From a virus (taxonomy: Duplodnaviria > Caudoviricetes): a DNA stretch of 36,456 nucleotides. The translations under genes were made by a program, and so were the position numbers. Under the pieces are notes generated by a model. That model was given only the letters and a program-made list of their open reading frames with translations. It ran no database searches and was not told the origin of the DNA. The stretch is taken from the IMG/VR virus record IMGVR_UViG_3300020403_000036, positions 1 through 36,456 of that record; one strand, 5' to 3'. Positions 1-10,249 of the stretch are shown here, piece after piece (within the stretch, counting starts at the first letter, position 1; each line of letters begins with the position of its first letter).

Positions 1-2
1 TT

Positions 3-3000
3 TGTAATTGATGCAGCATCTGTATATACATTTGTGTTTGCCTCATATGGGTTTTCATTTGGACCTATGATATTAAGAACTATTCCCAAATCATTACATA
101 TTGAAGCCAATCTTAAAAACTCATCCGCATCTACTTGATTATGGAATGCGTTTTCACCTCCAGGTTTGGTGTTTGTGTATAGAATAATTTGTTTGTTTAC
201 ATTGTTTCTAAATGCTCCAGCTAAATTGTGCTCAACAATTCTACTCAAAGCAACCCCAGATGGCTGGCTTTTAAATATAATTGGAGTAGTCCCTCTCACT
301 GCATCTGTTCCAACTGTAGTGCCAAATATATATTTATGACCAGAACCAGATGATGTAAATATATCTGCATCTAAAGTAAGCTGAGTTTCGCTGTCTACAG
401 AAACAACTGTAGCAGAAACACCAGCGGACCAAACACTTGGATTTGAAGCATATTTGTATATAACATCCCCAGGTCTAATTCCGTTGGTTATAAATGTTGC
501 GCTTGAATCAATAAGTTTGTTTGCAGAAACAGAAGTAACTTGTCCGATTGTAAGGCTATTTGGTTCTATAGATATAGACCTTAAATACCTATTAAACGAA
601 TCCTTGTTTCCAGTCGAAAACTTTTCAAAGCACGTAACATATTGACTATATGATGAATCCGTATTAATGTATTTTTGTGCAGAAGGTAGATAATGATAAT
701 CACCCTGAACTGTATATTTTGGCCAGCTCCCTGCATTTGTTACTTCAGGTCCAGCAGCATATGGAAGACCAACGGCATTAAATAATCCACTTGCTACCAT
801 TTCAAGCTCTGTGCTGCTTATTTTAGAATTAACATTACTTCCATCAAATGGGTTAAGTCCCCTTGCTGGGTCTCCAGATATAGAGTTTGGAAAATTAGCG
901 TTTGAATCAATCAGCCTGTCTGCACCACCAACAGTAGTAACTGAACCAGTAGCGGTTGGAACATCAGTGTTATCAACAGCTTCATAAGTGACAAGCCCTA
1001 ATCTATAATCTCCTCCAGATTGCTGCTCTATTGTAGTTATGATACTACTCATGTCGTTCTTTAAAGTCTGAATATTCTCTGGCATCCATGTTGAGGGGAC
1101 TCCAGGCGGAGTACCATCTAACGAACTATAATCTAAAAGGAATAATACATCCATTCCAGCATTACATGGTTGAACATCTAGTCCTGGGCAGCTAATAGTT
1201 ACGGTGGCAGTGTCTGGATAGTTTTTTGTTTTTGTAAAACTCACACTTCCTGTTCCACTAATAACGCTATTCACAACTTGAGTGTTGTCCCAAACAACTT
1301 GCATGATAGTTTGATTAACACTTTGAACTGTGTAGTCTATCTCAACTGTACCGATAAATGGGTCAAACTCAACCTCATATATATCTTGGTTAATTAATTC
1401 TGTTGTGAATTCATTATCTGCAGAACATTCTACTTCTTCTATTATTTCTGTTACAACGTCTTGCTCATCTTCATTTATCGTAAGAACATATTCATTCATA
1501 TATGGGTCAAAGCCACCGAGCTTGTATGACCTGAATGATTCTATAAATGTATCTCTAAAGAAAGACCGCATTCCTAATTCAGATATAGGTACAAGCTTGT
1601 CTTGTTTAAAACTACCACCTACCAAATTAAGCACCGCACCTCTTTTGGAGTCTGTAAAATATACTTCGTTTCCGAAATGAACGAATGTTTCTGCATCAGA
1701 TGATATGCCATACTCTTCATTCCTTGCAATCTGAGTTCCTAAAACTTCAGGGACAGATGTTATCGCACCTCCACCAACCGAATCAGATAATAAGTTTTTA
1801 CCTTGAAGCACATAAGAAACTCTATCTTCTTGAAGAACAAGTAAGTCTGTTTCTCTGGCGTGCAATATACCAATGTTGCCAAAGGACTTCTCTAAATCAC
1901 TAAAGTTTGCAAGTGATAAGTTAAACTGGTTGAGCTTGTTTAAGTTTGTTTCTGCATTATAAACTCCTGAATAAGTTATAGATGCAAATCTATGTGCCTT
2001 CTTGTAGTCTTGCTCAGATACAGCGGTTGTTCTTTGCCCTATAACTACTGAGTCTCCACCAATAAGGTCCTCTACCTTATAGCTTTCTACACCGTTTCCA
2101 AAAGTATAACAGTCATGAAAATCTAATAATGATACAGCAGGAGTGTTTTGTAATTGGTTTTGTTGATTCCCCTTGTGTAATCCATTTTCTATTAAGAATG
2201 TTTCCGAAGATTCAAAATAAATATCATTATCAATAGACACTGGTTTTGTTTCAAAAACAAACCCCCCAACACCATTGCCAGAAGCAGCGCTTCTTTGAAG
2301 TTGAAAGTCAATAAAAGTAAAAGAATAAAGGCTAAGTATATCTGGGTCTACTCTTCCGTTTGTAGCCTGCCATGCTTCTGAAATAGTTGCACCACTTATT
2401 GACCTAAGGAAAAGCTCACCAGTGCTAGTGTTTTGATAAAAATCTATTCTATTTTCTCCTTCTGGAGGATTAGAACCTGCGGCCTCTACTGGCGGCGTTG
2501 TACCTGTGTATAAGGTATTATCTTGCGTAACTGGATAACATTCTAAAATGCTTGATTGATTATAATAAATCATGCCCTCTGCAAAATCTATTTGTTGAGC
2601 AATAACCATTTCCCTAAAGTCAGTATAATCTCTTTCAGCAACATACTGAGCTGTAGGACCATTAGTGTCGGCATTAATCGCAACGCACCCTACAGCCCTC
2701 GACCATCCAGTTTGTATTAGAAGAGTTACCACGCTACCTTGAGGTATAGGGACTGGTACATGTGTCCCCGTGCCATCGTCCTCAGACAGCAACGCTGTCT
2801 CCATACCTCTATCTGATATAGAAGAATTTTTATCGTCTACTATTAATCCATTATGAAATTCAGTAATGGCGTTAAAAACTAAATCTTCACTATCAGTATA
2901 TATATTAGAGTCTACAGAAAAATTAGTTGGTCTTAATTTCATGTAAACTCCAGCTGGTTGTTGAATATCAGAAACTGCCCCCCCTGGAATTAAAAAATTT

Positions 3001-5108
3001 CTTTCTTTTGCTTCAACCTCTAACACTGTTGTTTCAACAAGATTTTGAGTAGGTCCACCAGAATCTACTTTTACAATAAGTTTGTCACCTTCATTTACTT
3101 TTTTAGAATTCTCTCCTTCTAAAAGAAAATATGCAAACCCGCTGTTTTCAAAAATATTATTAAAGCAATATATCGTTTCATACGTGCCATAACTTGGCTT
3201 TATAACAGGTCTGTATGCAGTAGCCCAATATGGAGGTTCACTATTTATTTTAAATTCAATTTGATTTTTTTTCGAAGAACTATAAGCAGGTGTATAAACA
3301 CTATTGCCTGTTGAAGTAAATACTGTAGATTGTCTTCCATATTCATCTAGGTAAACAATTCCAAGCTCGTAATTTCTATTACTATGTAAAGTTTGAAATC
3401 CATCTGGGCTTGTAACTGTTACCGCAAATACATTAAAAGAAAAATACTCATATATATCAGGGTCTGTAGCATGAGTATACTTCATTGCGTTGCAGGTTAT
3501 CAAAATAATATTTGGTCCTGCAGAATTGTAATCAAATCCTTGACCAATGGCTGTAAGACCACTCCCTGCTTTTGAATACCCCGCTGGTATAGAGCTTGTG
3601 GATACGTTTGAATTAAATATATCTGTTAAAGTTCCACCGTCATCTGCACTAGCTATAGGCTGTATATTATTTGTTGTTCCTATAAATGAAGCAAACTCAG
3701 GAGATGAAACTAATTCATTTGCACTCGTATAATTTTTGCCAAGTACAAAAGATGAACTTATATTAAAAGATTTCTGAAAATCAGTTGGTGCTGTACCTGT
3801 AGTTGTATAGCTATCATGAGATATATTAATTAAAAAGTTAATTATAGAACCTTTCTTTAATTTATCTGAAGATAAAAAACTAGAAAAATCAATATCACTT
3901 CTAGCATCAGTAACCGTATAATTTTGATTTGCTGGGTCAATATCATATCTTGATGAATCAGATTGTGAAGTTAAAACAGGCTTTGTAAATGTTTCAAAAG
4001 AAACTAAATTTGCATCAATGTCAACTTCAACCGATTGCTGTCCCTCAACAACATCCATGTCATAACCATCAACATAGTTTCCATACATAATCCTATTGCC
4101 CATAATCGTCTGAGCTTTAGCAAATCTTGGAACATTATCATATAATCTAAACAGCTCATCCTGAGGAAGTACCGTATATATTTTGCTATTATCAAAGTTT
4201 ATATTAAACGTTGAGTTGCTATCAATACTTAAATTTTCTTTATTGTAATTGTCTATAACATAAACATTATTATTGCCACTTCTCTTAAAACAAATTTGAA
4301 TCTCTTCAACCCTATCGCTTCCTGTCTCAACTTCTACTACAGCATTATTTATTCTGTTTTTCATACCGCCATTAAAGGCTCCGTCAACATTTATAAAAAA
4401 TGGACTTGGTTCAAACGCCGCTTCTGAAAAAGGAGACAGTGCACTGTACTCTCCATCTTGATATCTCCATCTATATGAGAATGTTATAACCTTATCCTCA
4501 AGATAGTTACCTCTTTTCTCAGAAGTAAAAGATGATATTACAGGAGAATTAAATGGAGGCTTTACAATCACAGATAAATCATCTTCTGTAATTAAGTCGA
4601 CATCATTTTGTGGCTCTCCATATGAGCGTGTTACGTTTATCTTTCTTGGTTGGTTGTAGTTGTCCGTAAAAAACAAAAGGTCATCTACCTTGTTTATACC
4701 TACAATTCTGTTTTGTTTGTTAAAGTTAAGTACAGATGTACTAATAACATGATATCTAATAGAACCGCTAACACCATCTTCAGCTACAGTCCAAGATGCA
4801 ATGATGTCTACAATATTACTTGTTACAAAGAAGTATATGGTTTCGTTAGCTCCGTCTTCATAAGCTCCGATACACATAGCTCCATTACTTTCATCAAGAG
4901 CAGTACCATTGTACTCAAGAGTTGTAATGCCACCAGGTATATTTGTTAAGAGCTCATTTCCTTTTGAGTTTTCTATAGCACCAATCTCACTATCCTCAGT
5001 AGAGCCAGCCCTAACATTAAGTGCATCAATGTATTCCCCTTGAGGTAGCAAGCGTTCGTCGACGCTCTTATTCATCACGCCTTTTACAAAAGTAGTTTTT
5101 GTAATCAT
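3..5108 (-). CDS. Large tail protein (crAss-like tail stabilization/muzzle type), >1700 aa, 3' end beyond the window edge; vWA-like region near the C-terminus
   Basis: Not in the ORF track, consistent with having no stop before the edge. ATG at 5108, 1 nt after the upstream stop, reads MITKTTFVKGVMNKSVDERLLPQGEYIDALNVRAGSTEDSEIGAIENSKGN; the same frame is open at 1081-1199, 330-539 and 3-50 when translated by hand. The MNKxxDERLL..GEYxDALN start and the position after the ring genes resemble crAss-like stabilization proteins. Confidence 0.8.
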   Translation of the reverse strand, partial: MITKTTFVKGVMNKSVDERLLPQGEYIDALNVRAGSTEDSEIGAIENSKGNELLTNIPGGITTLEYNGTALDESNGAMCIGAYEDGANETIYFFVTSNIVDIIASWTVAEDGVSGSIRYHVISTSVLNFNKQNRIVGINKVDDLLFFTDNYNQPRKINVTRSYGEPQNDVDLITEDDLSVIVKPPFNSPVISSFTSEKRGNYLEDKVITFSYRWRYQDGEYSALSPFSEAAFEPSPFFINVDGAFNGGMKNRINNAVVEVETGSDRVEEIQICFKRSGNNNVYVIDNYNKENLSIDSNSTFNINFDNSKIYTVLPQDELFRLYDNVPRFAKAQTIMGNRIMYGNYVDGYDMDVVEGQQSVEVDIDANLVSFETFTKPVLTSQSDSSRYDIDPANQNYTVTDARSDIDFSSFLSSDKLKKGSIINFLINISHDSYTTTGTAPTDFQKSFNISSSFVLGKNYTSANELVSSPEFASFIGTTNNIQPIASADDGGTLTDIFNSNVSTSSIPAGYSKAGSGLTAIGQGFDYNSAGPNIILITCNAMKYTHATDPDIYEYFSFNVFAVTVTSPDGFQTLHSNRNYELGIVYLDEYGRQSTVFTSTGNSVYTPAYSSSKKNQIEFKINSEPPYWATAYRPVIKPSYGTYETIYCFNNIFENSGFAYFLLEGENSKKVNEGDKLIVKVDSGGPTQNLVETTVLEVEAKERNFLIPGGAVSDIQQPAGVYMKLRPTNFSVDSNIYTDSEDLVFNAITEFHNGLIVDDKNSSISDRGMETALLSEDDGTGTHVPVPIPQGSVVTLLIQTGWSRAVGCVAINADTNGPTAQYVAERDYTDFREMVIAQQIDFAEGMIYYNQSSILECYPVTQDNTLYTGTTPPVEAAGSNPPEGENRIDFYQNTSTGELFLRSISGATISEAWQATNGRVDPDILSLYSFTFIDFQLQRSAASGNGVGGFVFETKPVSIDNDIYFESSETFLIENGLHKGNQQNQLQNTPAVSLLDFHDCYTFGNGVESYKVEDLIGGDSVVIGQRTTAVSEQDYKKAHRFASITYSGVYNAETNLNKLNQFNLSLANFSDLEKSFGNIGILHARETDLLVLQEDRVSYVLQGKNLLSDSVGGGAITSVPEVLGTQIARNEEYGISSDAETFVHFGNEVYFTDSKRGAVLNLVGGSFKQDKLVPISELGMRSFFRDTFIESFRSYKLGGFDPYMNEYVLTINEDEQDVVTEIIEEVECSADNEFTTELINQDIYEVEFDPFIGTVEIDYTVQSVNQTIMQVVWDNTQVVNSVISGTGSVSFTKTKNYPDTATVTISCPGLDVQPCNAGMDVLFLLDYSSLDGTPPGVPSTWMPENIQTLKNDMSSIITTIEQQSGGDYRLGLVTYEAVDNTDVPTATGSVTTVGGADRLIDSNANFPNSISGDPARGLNPFDGSNVNSKISSTELEMVASGLFNAVGLPYAAGPEVTNAGSWPKYTVQGDYHYLPSAQKYINTDSSYSQYVTCFEKFSTGNKDSFNRYLRSISIEPNSLTIGQVTSVSANKLIDSSATFITNGIRPGDVIYKYASNPSVWSAGVSATVVSVDSETQLTLDADIFTSSGSGHKYIFGTTVGTDAVRGTTPIIFKSQPSGVALSRIVEHNLAGAFRNNVNKQIILYTNTKPGGENAFHNQVDADEFLRLASICNDLGIVLNIIGPNENPYEANTNVYTDAASIT

Positions 5109-5109
5109 A

Positions 5110-6018
5110 TTACTTTATCCACTTATACTGACCCCGTAGACTCATAAGAAGTCTGCTTGGGTGTAGATTACTCATTCTTAATTTAGCATTTCGATACAAA
5201 GCTGTCTTCTCTTTTTGTGCTCTTCGAACAATGTATTCCTGAACGCCTAGCTTTGTGCTCAATATCATATACCTAATGTAAGCATATATAAATTCTTCAG
5301 CAAGTTTGTTTACAACAACCTGACTATCTTCACCCTTTTCTAATCCATCTGATATATATTCGATAACAATCTTCTGTCCCTCTACCACTTCTGAGCTAAA
5401 ATTAATAACTCCTGAGCGATTATCTATCCTAAAGGTAGGGTTGATGTTAGCTGTCTCCGTATTAAGGCCGTAGCGAGCTCCTATGAATCTATCAAAATAC
5501 CAGTTTGTTCCGTCATAATATCCCAACTTACCGTTCATTATGCCATCTCCTGGGTATAAACTCTTCTGCAACTTATGTATTCTATCGTAATCTAGTTCAG
5601 ATAATCCCTCTAAAACTCTACCATTATTATCAAATAATATCTTATCGTTGTTGTCTTTTAGGTATGCTTTAGAATAATTTGTTTGCATATTCTCAACAAG
5701 AGGAAACAAAACATCATCTCTATACATTGATATGCGAACATAATTTACATAGTCACTTGGCAATATAACTTGAAGCCTGTCTGTAACTGATTGCTCAAGA
5801 ACCTTTACATCCTTCATTGCATCGTAGTGGAGCTCTTGAATAGCACGCTTTGCATGAAACAAAACTTTGTACCTTGGTATGTTGTTGATAATCTCGTGGT
5901 TTCCAACATACATCAACATAAAATTGTTTACAATCTCAGATAACTTTATATACTGAGACGAACCAAAGTTTTCTCCGTTGTCCTCTTCGTAATATTTAAA
6001 ATCAGATATATAAGCCAT
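5110..6018 (-). CDS. Virion structural protein (tail tubular/ring-like), 302 aa
   Basis: Long ORF tightly packed between the capsid block and the large tail gene; role inferred from synteny. Confidence 0.6.
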   Translation of the reverse strand: MAYISDFKYYEEDNGENFGSSQYIKLSEIVNNFMLMYVGNHEIINNIPRYKVLFHAKRAIQELHYDAMKDVKVLEQSVTDRLQVILPSDYVNYVRISMYRDDVLFPLVENMQTNYSKAYLKDNNDKILFDNNGRVLEGLSELDYDRIHKLQKSLYPGDGIMNGKLGYYDGTNWYFDRFIGARYGLNTETANINPTFRIDNRSGVINFSSEVVEGQKIVIEYISDGLEKGEDSQVVVNKLAEEFIYAYIRYMILSTKLGVQEYIVRRAQKEKTALYRNAKLRMSNLHPSRLLMSLRGQYKWIK

Positions 6019-6019
6019 C

Positions 6020-6724
6020 TTATTGTTCTTGTTGTTGTTCTTTTAGTTCTTCATTGTTTCCAAAAGTCACGAGGTCTTTTTCTCTTATCGACACGCCAGC
6101 GTACTGAAGTATCTTCATAACAAGAGATGGTTCATCAGAAGCTGGTAACTCAAAGTCCTGATAGTCAGATGCAGTTGCATCAAACACAGGTTCTCCAGAA
6201 GCAATGTCAATGTATGTCCATTTAGGGTCTTTTGGATATCTCACATATGTTATATTAACAGAAACCCCACCATCTAAAGCTGGATAAATAGTAATAGATT
6301 GATTTTGTAAAACATAAGCTGGGTATTCTAAGGTTGGCGATGTTAAGTTTGAACTATTTAACATTAATATTTTGCTATGATTTACTCTTTCAGCTTCCAC
6401 TCCACCCACGACTACATTATTTATTAAATAATAATCTGAAGGTGTTTGTCTTAAAGATGGGTCTCCCGATGGCATTGCAGGAGAATTGTAAGAAGTATAA
6501 AAAGAATCAATGACTTCCGCTAAACCTTTTGTAATATCAGCATATCCAGTTCCTGATTGCCTTGTGTTTTCTTTTCTTATCTGTGCATTGTATGCATAGA
6601 AATAGTCCTCAAACAAATCAAGTTGAGCCTGCTTTGCATAGAGGTTGAAATCATTCGGTGATATATAGCCAAAGTTATTCTTATTAGCTATGGCCAATAC
6701 TGTTGTTCTTACAGAGTTTATCAT
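6020..6724 (-). CDS. Tail tubular/ring (head-tail adaptor) protein, 234 aa
   Basis: GYISPNDFNLYAKQAQLDLFEDYF N-terminus, YVRYPKDPKW and DFELP motifs typical of crAss-like ring proteins; has its own upstream TATCTTTG promoter. Confidence 0.65.
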   Translation of the reverse strand: MINSVRTTVLAIANKNNFGYISPNDFNLYAKQAQLDLFEDYFYAYNAQIRKENTRQSGTGYADITKGLAEVIDSFYTSYNSPAMPSGDPSLRQTPSDYYLINNVVVGGVEAERVNHSKILMLNSSNLTSPTLEYPAYVLQNQSITIYPALDGGVSVNITYVRYPKDPKWTYIDIASGEPVFDATASDYQDFELPASDEPSLVMKILQYAGVSIREKDLVTFGNNEELKEQQQEQ

Positions 6725-6738
6725 CGTAAAAATTTACA

Positions 6739-6746
6739 CAAAGATA
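6739..6746 (-). promoter_or_regulatory. Bacteroidota sigma70 -7 element (TATCTTTG)
   Basis: Matches TAnnTTTG on the minus strand, 15 nt upstream of the ATG at 6724. Confidence 0.7.
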
Positions 6747-6749
6747 AGC

Positions 6750-6781
6750 AAAAAAAGAAAGGGCTCTAAAATTAGAGCCCT
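6750..6781 (-). terminator. Intrinsic terminator
   Basis: Inverted repeat AGGGCTCTA / TAGAGCCCT (6760-6781) followed by a U-tract on the minus strand, just after the 251-aa ORF. Confidence 0.8.
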
Positions 6782-6802
6782 CATTACAATGTTTATAATC
6801 TT

Positions 6803-7558
6803 TTAATCTTCTAAATTTTCTAGCTTGGTTTGGAGTATCTTCATTACTTCAATACCATCGTCTGTTTGAAAATAAGATGCCAACATAAAAGCTGGGTCTT
6901 CACCAAAAGGAACTGTCATTATTTTCTTTTTGTTAGACTTTAGATTATAGTATATATCCCGATTGTTATTTTTTAAAGAAATAAGACCTTCGTCAAATAA
7001 CTTGTAACAGATGTCTTGAATCTTTAACATAGGGTCGTTAAGTGCATCTAAAAACTCAAGTGGGTTTTCTTTTGCGAACAATCTAATGTCTCTTTTTATT
7101 TCAGCACTTGTCATCTTACTTACGTTTAGCCCAAGTAAAACTCTACATAAAGTTTCTGAAAGTTCTAAGTTTAATTCACGAGCCTGTATCTGAGCTTCAA
7201 GCTGATGGTCTAAACTTTCCACTTCAACCGAAGCGTCTTTTTCATTGTCAACTAATTCAAAAACTCCACCATTACCAGGATGATAAGATAAAAACTCTTG
7301 AAGAACTGGATTTGATTTAGGAACAAGTAATAATCCTGATTCAAAAATAATTGGTTCAAGAACCGCATTTCCATCTTGCTCTTCTAAGAAGGGTGACTTT
7401 TGATTTCGTGCATACCGAAGCTCCCTATTGGTTTGTCCATCAAAATAAAGGAGTGGTTTTTTTCTAGTACTTTTAGATTGAATCATATAACTAAGAGGTG
7501 TTATTCTTCTTTTCAATCTATAAACTTTGTCCGTTAGGACGGCTTGTTTCTTTGCCAT
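6803..7558 (-). CDS. Conserved phage protein downstream of the major capsid gene, 251 aa
   Basis: Long ORF bracketed by two terminators; function not recognisable. Confidence 0.75.
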   Translation of the reverse strand: MAKKQAVLTDKVYRLKRRITPLSYMIQSKSTRKKPLLYFDGQTNRELRYARNQKSPFLEEQDGNAVLEPIIFESGLLLVPKSNPVLQEFLSYHPGNGGVFELVDNEKDASVEVESLDHQLEAQIQARELNLELSETLCRVLLGLNVSKMTSAEIKRDIRLFAKENPLEFLDALNDPMLKIQDICYKLFDEGLISLKNNNRDIYYNLKSNKKKIMTVPFGEDPAFMLASYFQTDDGIEVMKILQTKLENLED

Positions 7559-7582
7559 TGTATTAAAATTTTAATTAAAGTT

Positions 7583-7612
7583 AAAAAAAGGGGGAGAGAA
7601 ATTCCCTCCCCC
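7583..7612 (-). terminator. Intrinsic terminator after the major capsid gene
   Basis: GGGGGAG...CTCCCCC stem with an adjacent A7 run (U7 on the minus strand), a few nt past the capsid stop. Confidence 0.8.
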
Positions 7613-7619
7613 ATAATTA

Positions 7620-9053
7620 TTAGTCTTCGAATAAGAAGAAGTTGTTAGCACCAAGAACACATAATGCACGCTCAGTTAAATAATTAACTGTCATTGCATC
7701 AAGAGATGAACTCATTCCTGCAGAACCTGCAGAACCAGTCACCCATGTCTTATACTTACGGTCTTCAGTTTCAGAAGCTCTATAACGAACATGCAAGAAA
7801 GGTCGTTTTGCGTTTTTACCAAGAACTTGGTCATAAACAGTTGTAGAGCCAGCAGGTACAAGTACCCCATTTATAGCTCCAGCAACAATACCACCTCGCA
7901 TAGTAGCGTCATTTAGGTATTTCCAGTCAGACTTGTAGAAATCATAACCTCTACGGAATCCAGAGAATCCAAGATTTAAGGCCATGTCTTCGTCGTTGTC
8001 AAACAACCCATAAGAAGTACCACCTGTACCATAAGAGTTTTGAGCAGCCAACATATCGTCAATGCTAAAGCTCAACTCACGGTTAAGGAAAAGAACATTC
8101 TCTTCAATAGCACCTTCTTTATCAAGACGCTTAACAACATTATCAAAGTCTGCAAGGTTATCTAAAGAACCAGCTGCAACATTTCCTCGTTGTTCAATTT
8201 GATGGAAAAGTCCGTCAGTACCTTTATTACCAGTAATAACTGAATTGTCTAAAGCAATAACTCCTGAAGCAGCCTCAGCTGGTACAGCTTCAACAAGTGC
8301 AGTCTCCATATAGTCTTCAAATCTTAAGCGAGTTTCATGCTCAGACTTGATATACCATAGGTATCCAGTTGCACCATTTTCAGTAGTTACTTCAATCCAT
8401 CCAATTTGAGCCATATCAGAACCGCTAACTTCATATTTTTCTTTGATAATAATTGGGCTATTTTCAAAGATGTTGTCATCAGCGTCTGCAGACGTAAGTG
8501 TAGTTGTATCAGTTCCTTTTTGATACTCAGAACCATAAACAAAAACAGTCAACGTCTCACTTGTAGCAAAAGTAGCTCCGCCCGCTTCATAAAAAGCAAC
8601 GTCAAACTCATTAGCAGTTGTACTAACTGACGTAATGATAGCTTTGTTTTGCTTTACAGAAGCAGCTTGGTTGTCTGAAATCATAACTGTCTGTCCAATT
8701 TTCAAAGGAAGCGACCCAGCAGCAGGAGCACCAGCATCAGAAACTACAATTGTTGCAGTGTCATCTCCAAGAGTAGTCCCAGCTTTACCAGCACAGTTGA
8801 TATATTTAATGTGTAATCTTCCTTGCTCAGCCCACTTAATAAGGTCAGAGTTGGAAGGCATCTCAGCACCTACCATTCGAAGGAATGAAGATACAGAGCG
8901 GTTTCCATAACGCTCAAATTCCTTCTCCATTAAATCAGGAAGGTATTGTTGCGTGAAAACAAAAGCATCATTACCAAGATAGTTTGCCTGTGTAGGCACT
9001 CTCTCGGCAGATGGTTGTAATGCCGTACTTGTCGGCGTAATAGTAAAAGCCAT
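7620..9053 (-). CDS. Major capsid protein, 477 aa
   Basis: Size, position after portal and scaffold, strong terminator, and WAEQGRLH / GFSGFRRG-YDFYK / FLHVRYR / ERALCVLGANNF motifs resembling Bacteroidota podophage capsids. Confidence 0.85.
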   Translation of the reverse strand: MAFTITPTSTALQPSAERVPTQANYLGNDAFVFTQQYLPDLMEKEFERYGNRSVSSFLRMVGAEMPSNSDLIKWAEQGRLHIKYINCAGKAGTTLGDDTATIVVSDAGAPAAGSLPLKIGQTVMISDNQAASVKQNKAIITSVSTTANEFDVAFYEAGGATFATSETLTVFVYGSEYQKGTDTTTLTSADADDNIFENSPIIIKEKYEVSGSDMAQIGWIEVTTENGATGYLWYIKSEHETRLRFEDYMETALVEAVPAEAASGVIALDNSVITGNKGTDGLFHQIEQRGNVAAGSLDNLADFDNVVKRLDKEGAIEENVLFLNRELSFSIDDMLAAQNSYGTGGTSYGLFDNDEDMALNLGFSGFRRGYDFYKSDWKYLNDATMRGGIVAGAINGVLVPAGSTTVYDQVLGKNAKRPFLHVRYRASETEDRKYKTWVTGSAGSAGMSSSLDAMTVNYLTERALCVLGANNFFLFED

Positions 9054-9076
9054 TATTTATTTTTTTAAATGATTTG

Positions 9077-10207
9077 TTATTTTTTATTACTCTTTATTTT
9101 GAGTCCTCTTCCACTACTATCATCTAATGCTCTAACACTGAAACCTTTGTTGTTCATATCTTTAGGTGTCTCTCTAACACCCATGTCAATGTTTTTAGCT
9201 TTTTTAGCCGCATCATCAATTGCATTTGCTTGACCTTGCTCATAAAAAAACTTAGCAAATTTATCAGGGTTCATAGCTACAGCGATAGCTTTGTGGTATC
9301 CACTAGCGTCCGATATCATACCATTCTTATCTACAAACTTAGATATAAAATTGTTTATATCTGATTGAGTAGCCTTAAGCTCCTTTGCATCTCCAGGAAG
9401 ATAAGATAAGTTTTCTTCACCAATACTAAAATCAAAACCTTTGAATTCATTGGAGAAGACTTCATCTGTCTTCTTTTGAAAATACTCAGAGCGCTTAACA
9501 GTTTCCTCTTCAACACTCTTAGACTCTTGGATATATTTCTTGTAAGCTTCATAGTCACTCTTTTCTTCTTCAGAAACAAGACCACCGCTTGACTCAAGTG
9601 GTGTCTTATACGTTTCCTTCAAATCATTGAAGTACTTCTTAGCTTTAGCAAGCTCTCTTTTTTTAGCTATCTGCTTCTGCTTAATTTCCTTTTCATCGTC
9701 AACCTCAGTATCATATGCAAACTTTTCGTTAAGCAAATAACTAATGTCTTCTCTGTCTAGGTCTGATTCTGTTGCAGAATAATATTCAGCTAAAATCTGG
9801 TCAGCATCCATTTCATCATAATCTCTATTGATTCTCATGAAGTCCTGGATACCCCTACCAGTTTCTTTCTTGTACTTTAAGAAAGCTGATACATCCTCAG
9901 GAAGTTCTTCTGCCTGAACTCTTTCTTCAAAAAGTTCTTCAACAGAATTAATTTCCTTATTGTACCTGTCTCTAATATATGAAAGAACGTCTTCTTCTCC
10001 GAGCTCGGGAGCTGGGCTCTCTTGCTCTTCTTGTTCTACTGGTTGCTCTTCAGCAACTTCTGTAGAATTTTCTTTTACTTCCTGAGCTTCTTCTTGCTCA
10101 TTTTCTTTTTGCTCCTGTTCATGCTTGTCTAACAATTCTTGTTCTACTTCTTGAACAGACTTCTCTTCTACGGTGTCATCCAACACCCTTACTTTTATTT
10201 CTGACAT
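9077..10207 (-). CDS. Putative capsid scaffolding protein, 376 aa
   Basis: Very acidic Glu-rich N-terminus and helical composition, located between portal and capsid genes. Confidence 0.65.
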   Translation of the reverse strand: MSEIKVRVLDDTVEEKSVQEVEQELLDKHEQEQKENEQEEAQEVKENSTEVAEEQPVEQEEQESPAPELGEEDVLSYIRDRYNKEINSVEELFEERVQAEELPEDVSAFLKYKKETGRGIQDFMRINRDYDEMDADQILAEYYSATESDLDREDISYLLNEKFAYDTEVDDEKEIKQKQIAKKRELAKAKKYFNDLKETYKTPLESSGGLVSEEEKSDYEAYKKYIQESKSVEEETVKRSEYFQKKTDEVFSNEFKGFDFSIGEENLSYLPGDAKELKATQSDINNFISKFVDKNGMISDASGYHKAIAVAMNPDKFAKFFYEQGQANAIDDAAKKAKNIDMGVRETPKDMNNKGFSVRALDDSSGRGLKIKSNKK

Positions 10208-10224
10208 TTGATTAAATTTTTATG

Positions 10225-10232
10225 CAAAGTTA
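10225..10232 (-). promoter_or_regulatory. Bacteroidota -7 element (TAACTTTG) for scaffold-capsid genes
   Basis: Minus strand reads TAACTTTGCATAAAAATTTAATCAAATG into the ATG at 10207. Confidence 0.7.
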
Positions 10233-10249
10233 ATTAAAAAAATATATTC

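Noticed and set aside
454-4949. Short ORF-track entries on the plus strand, and 4004..4195 on the minus strand
   Set aside because: They are shadows of the single long minus-strand frame 5108 to 3, which the track omits because its stop lies outside the window.
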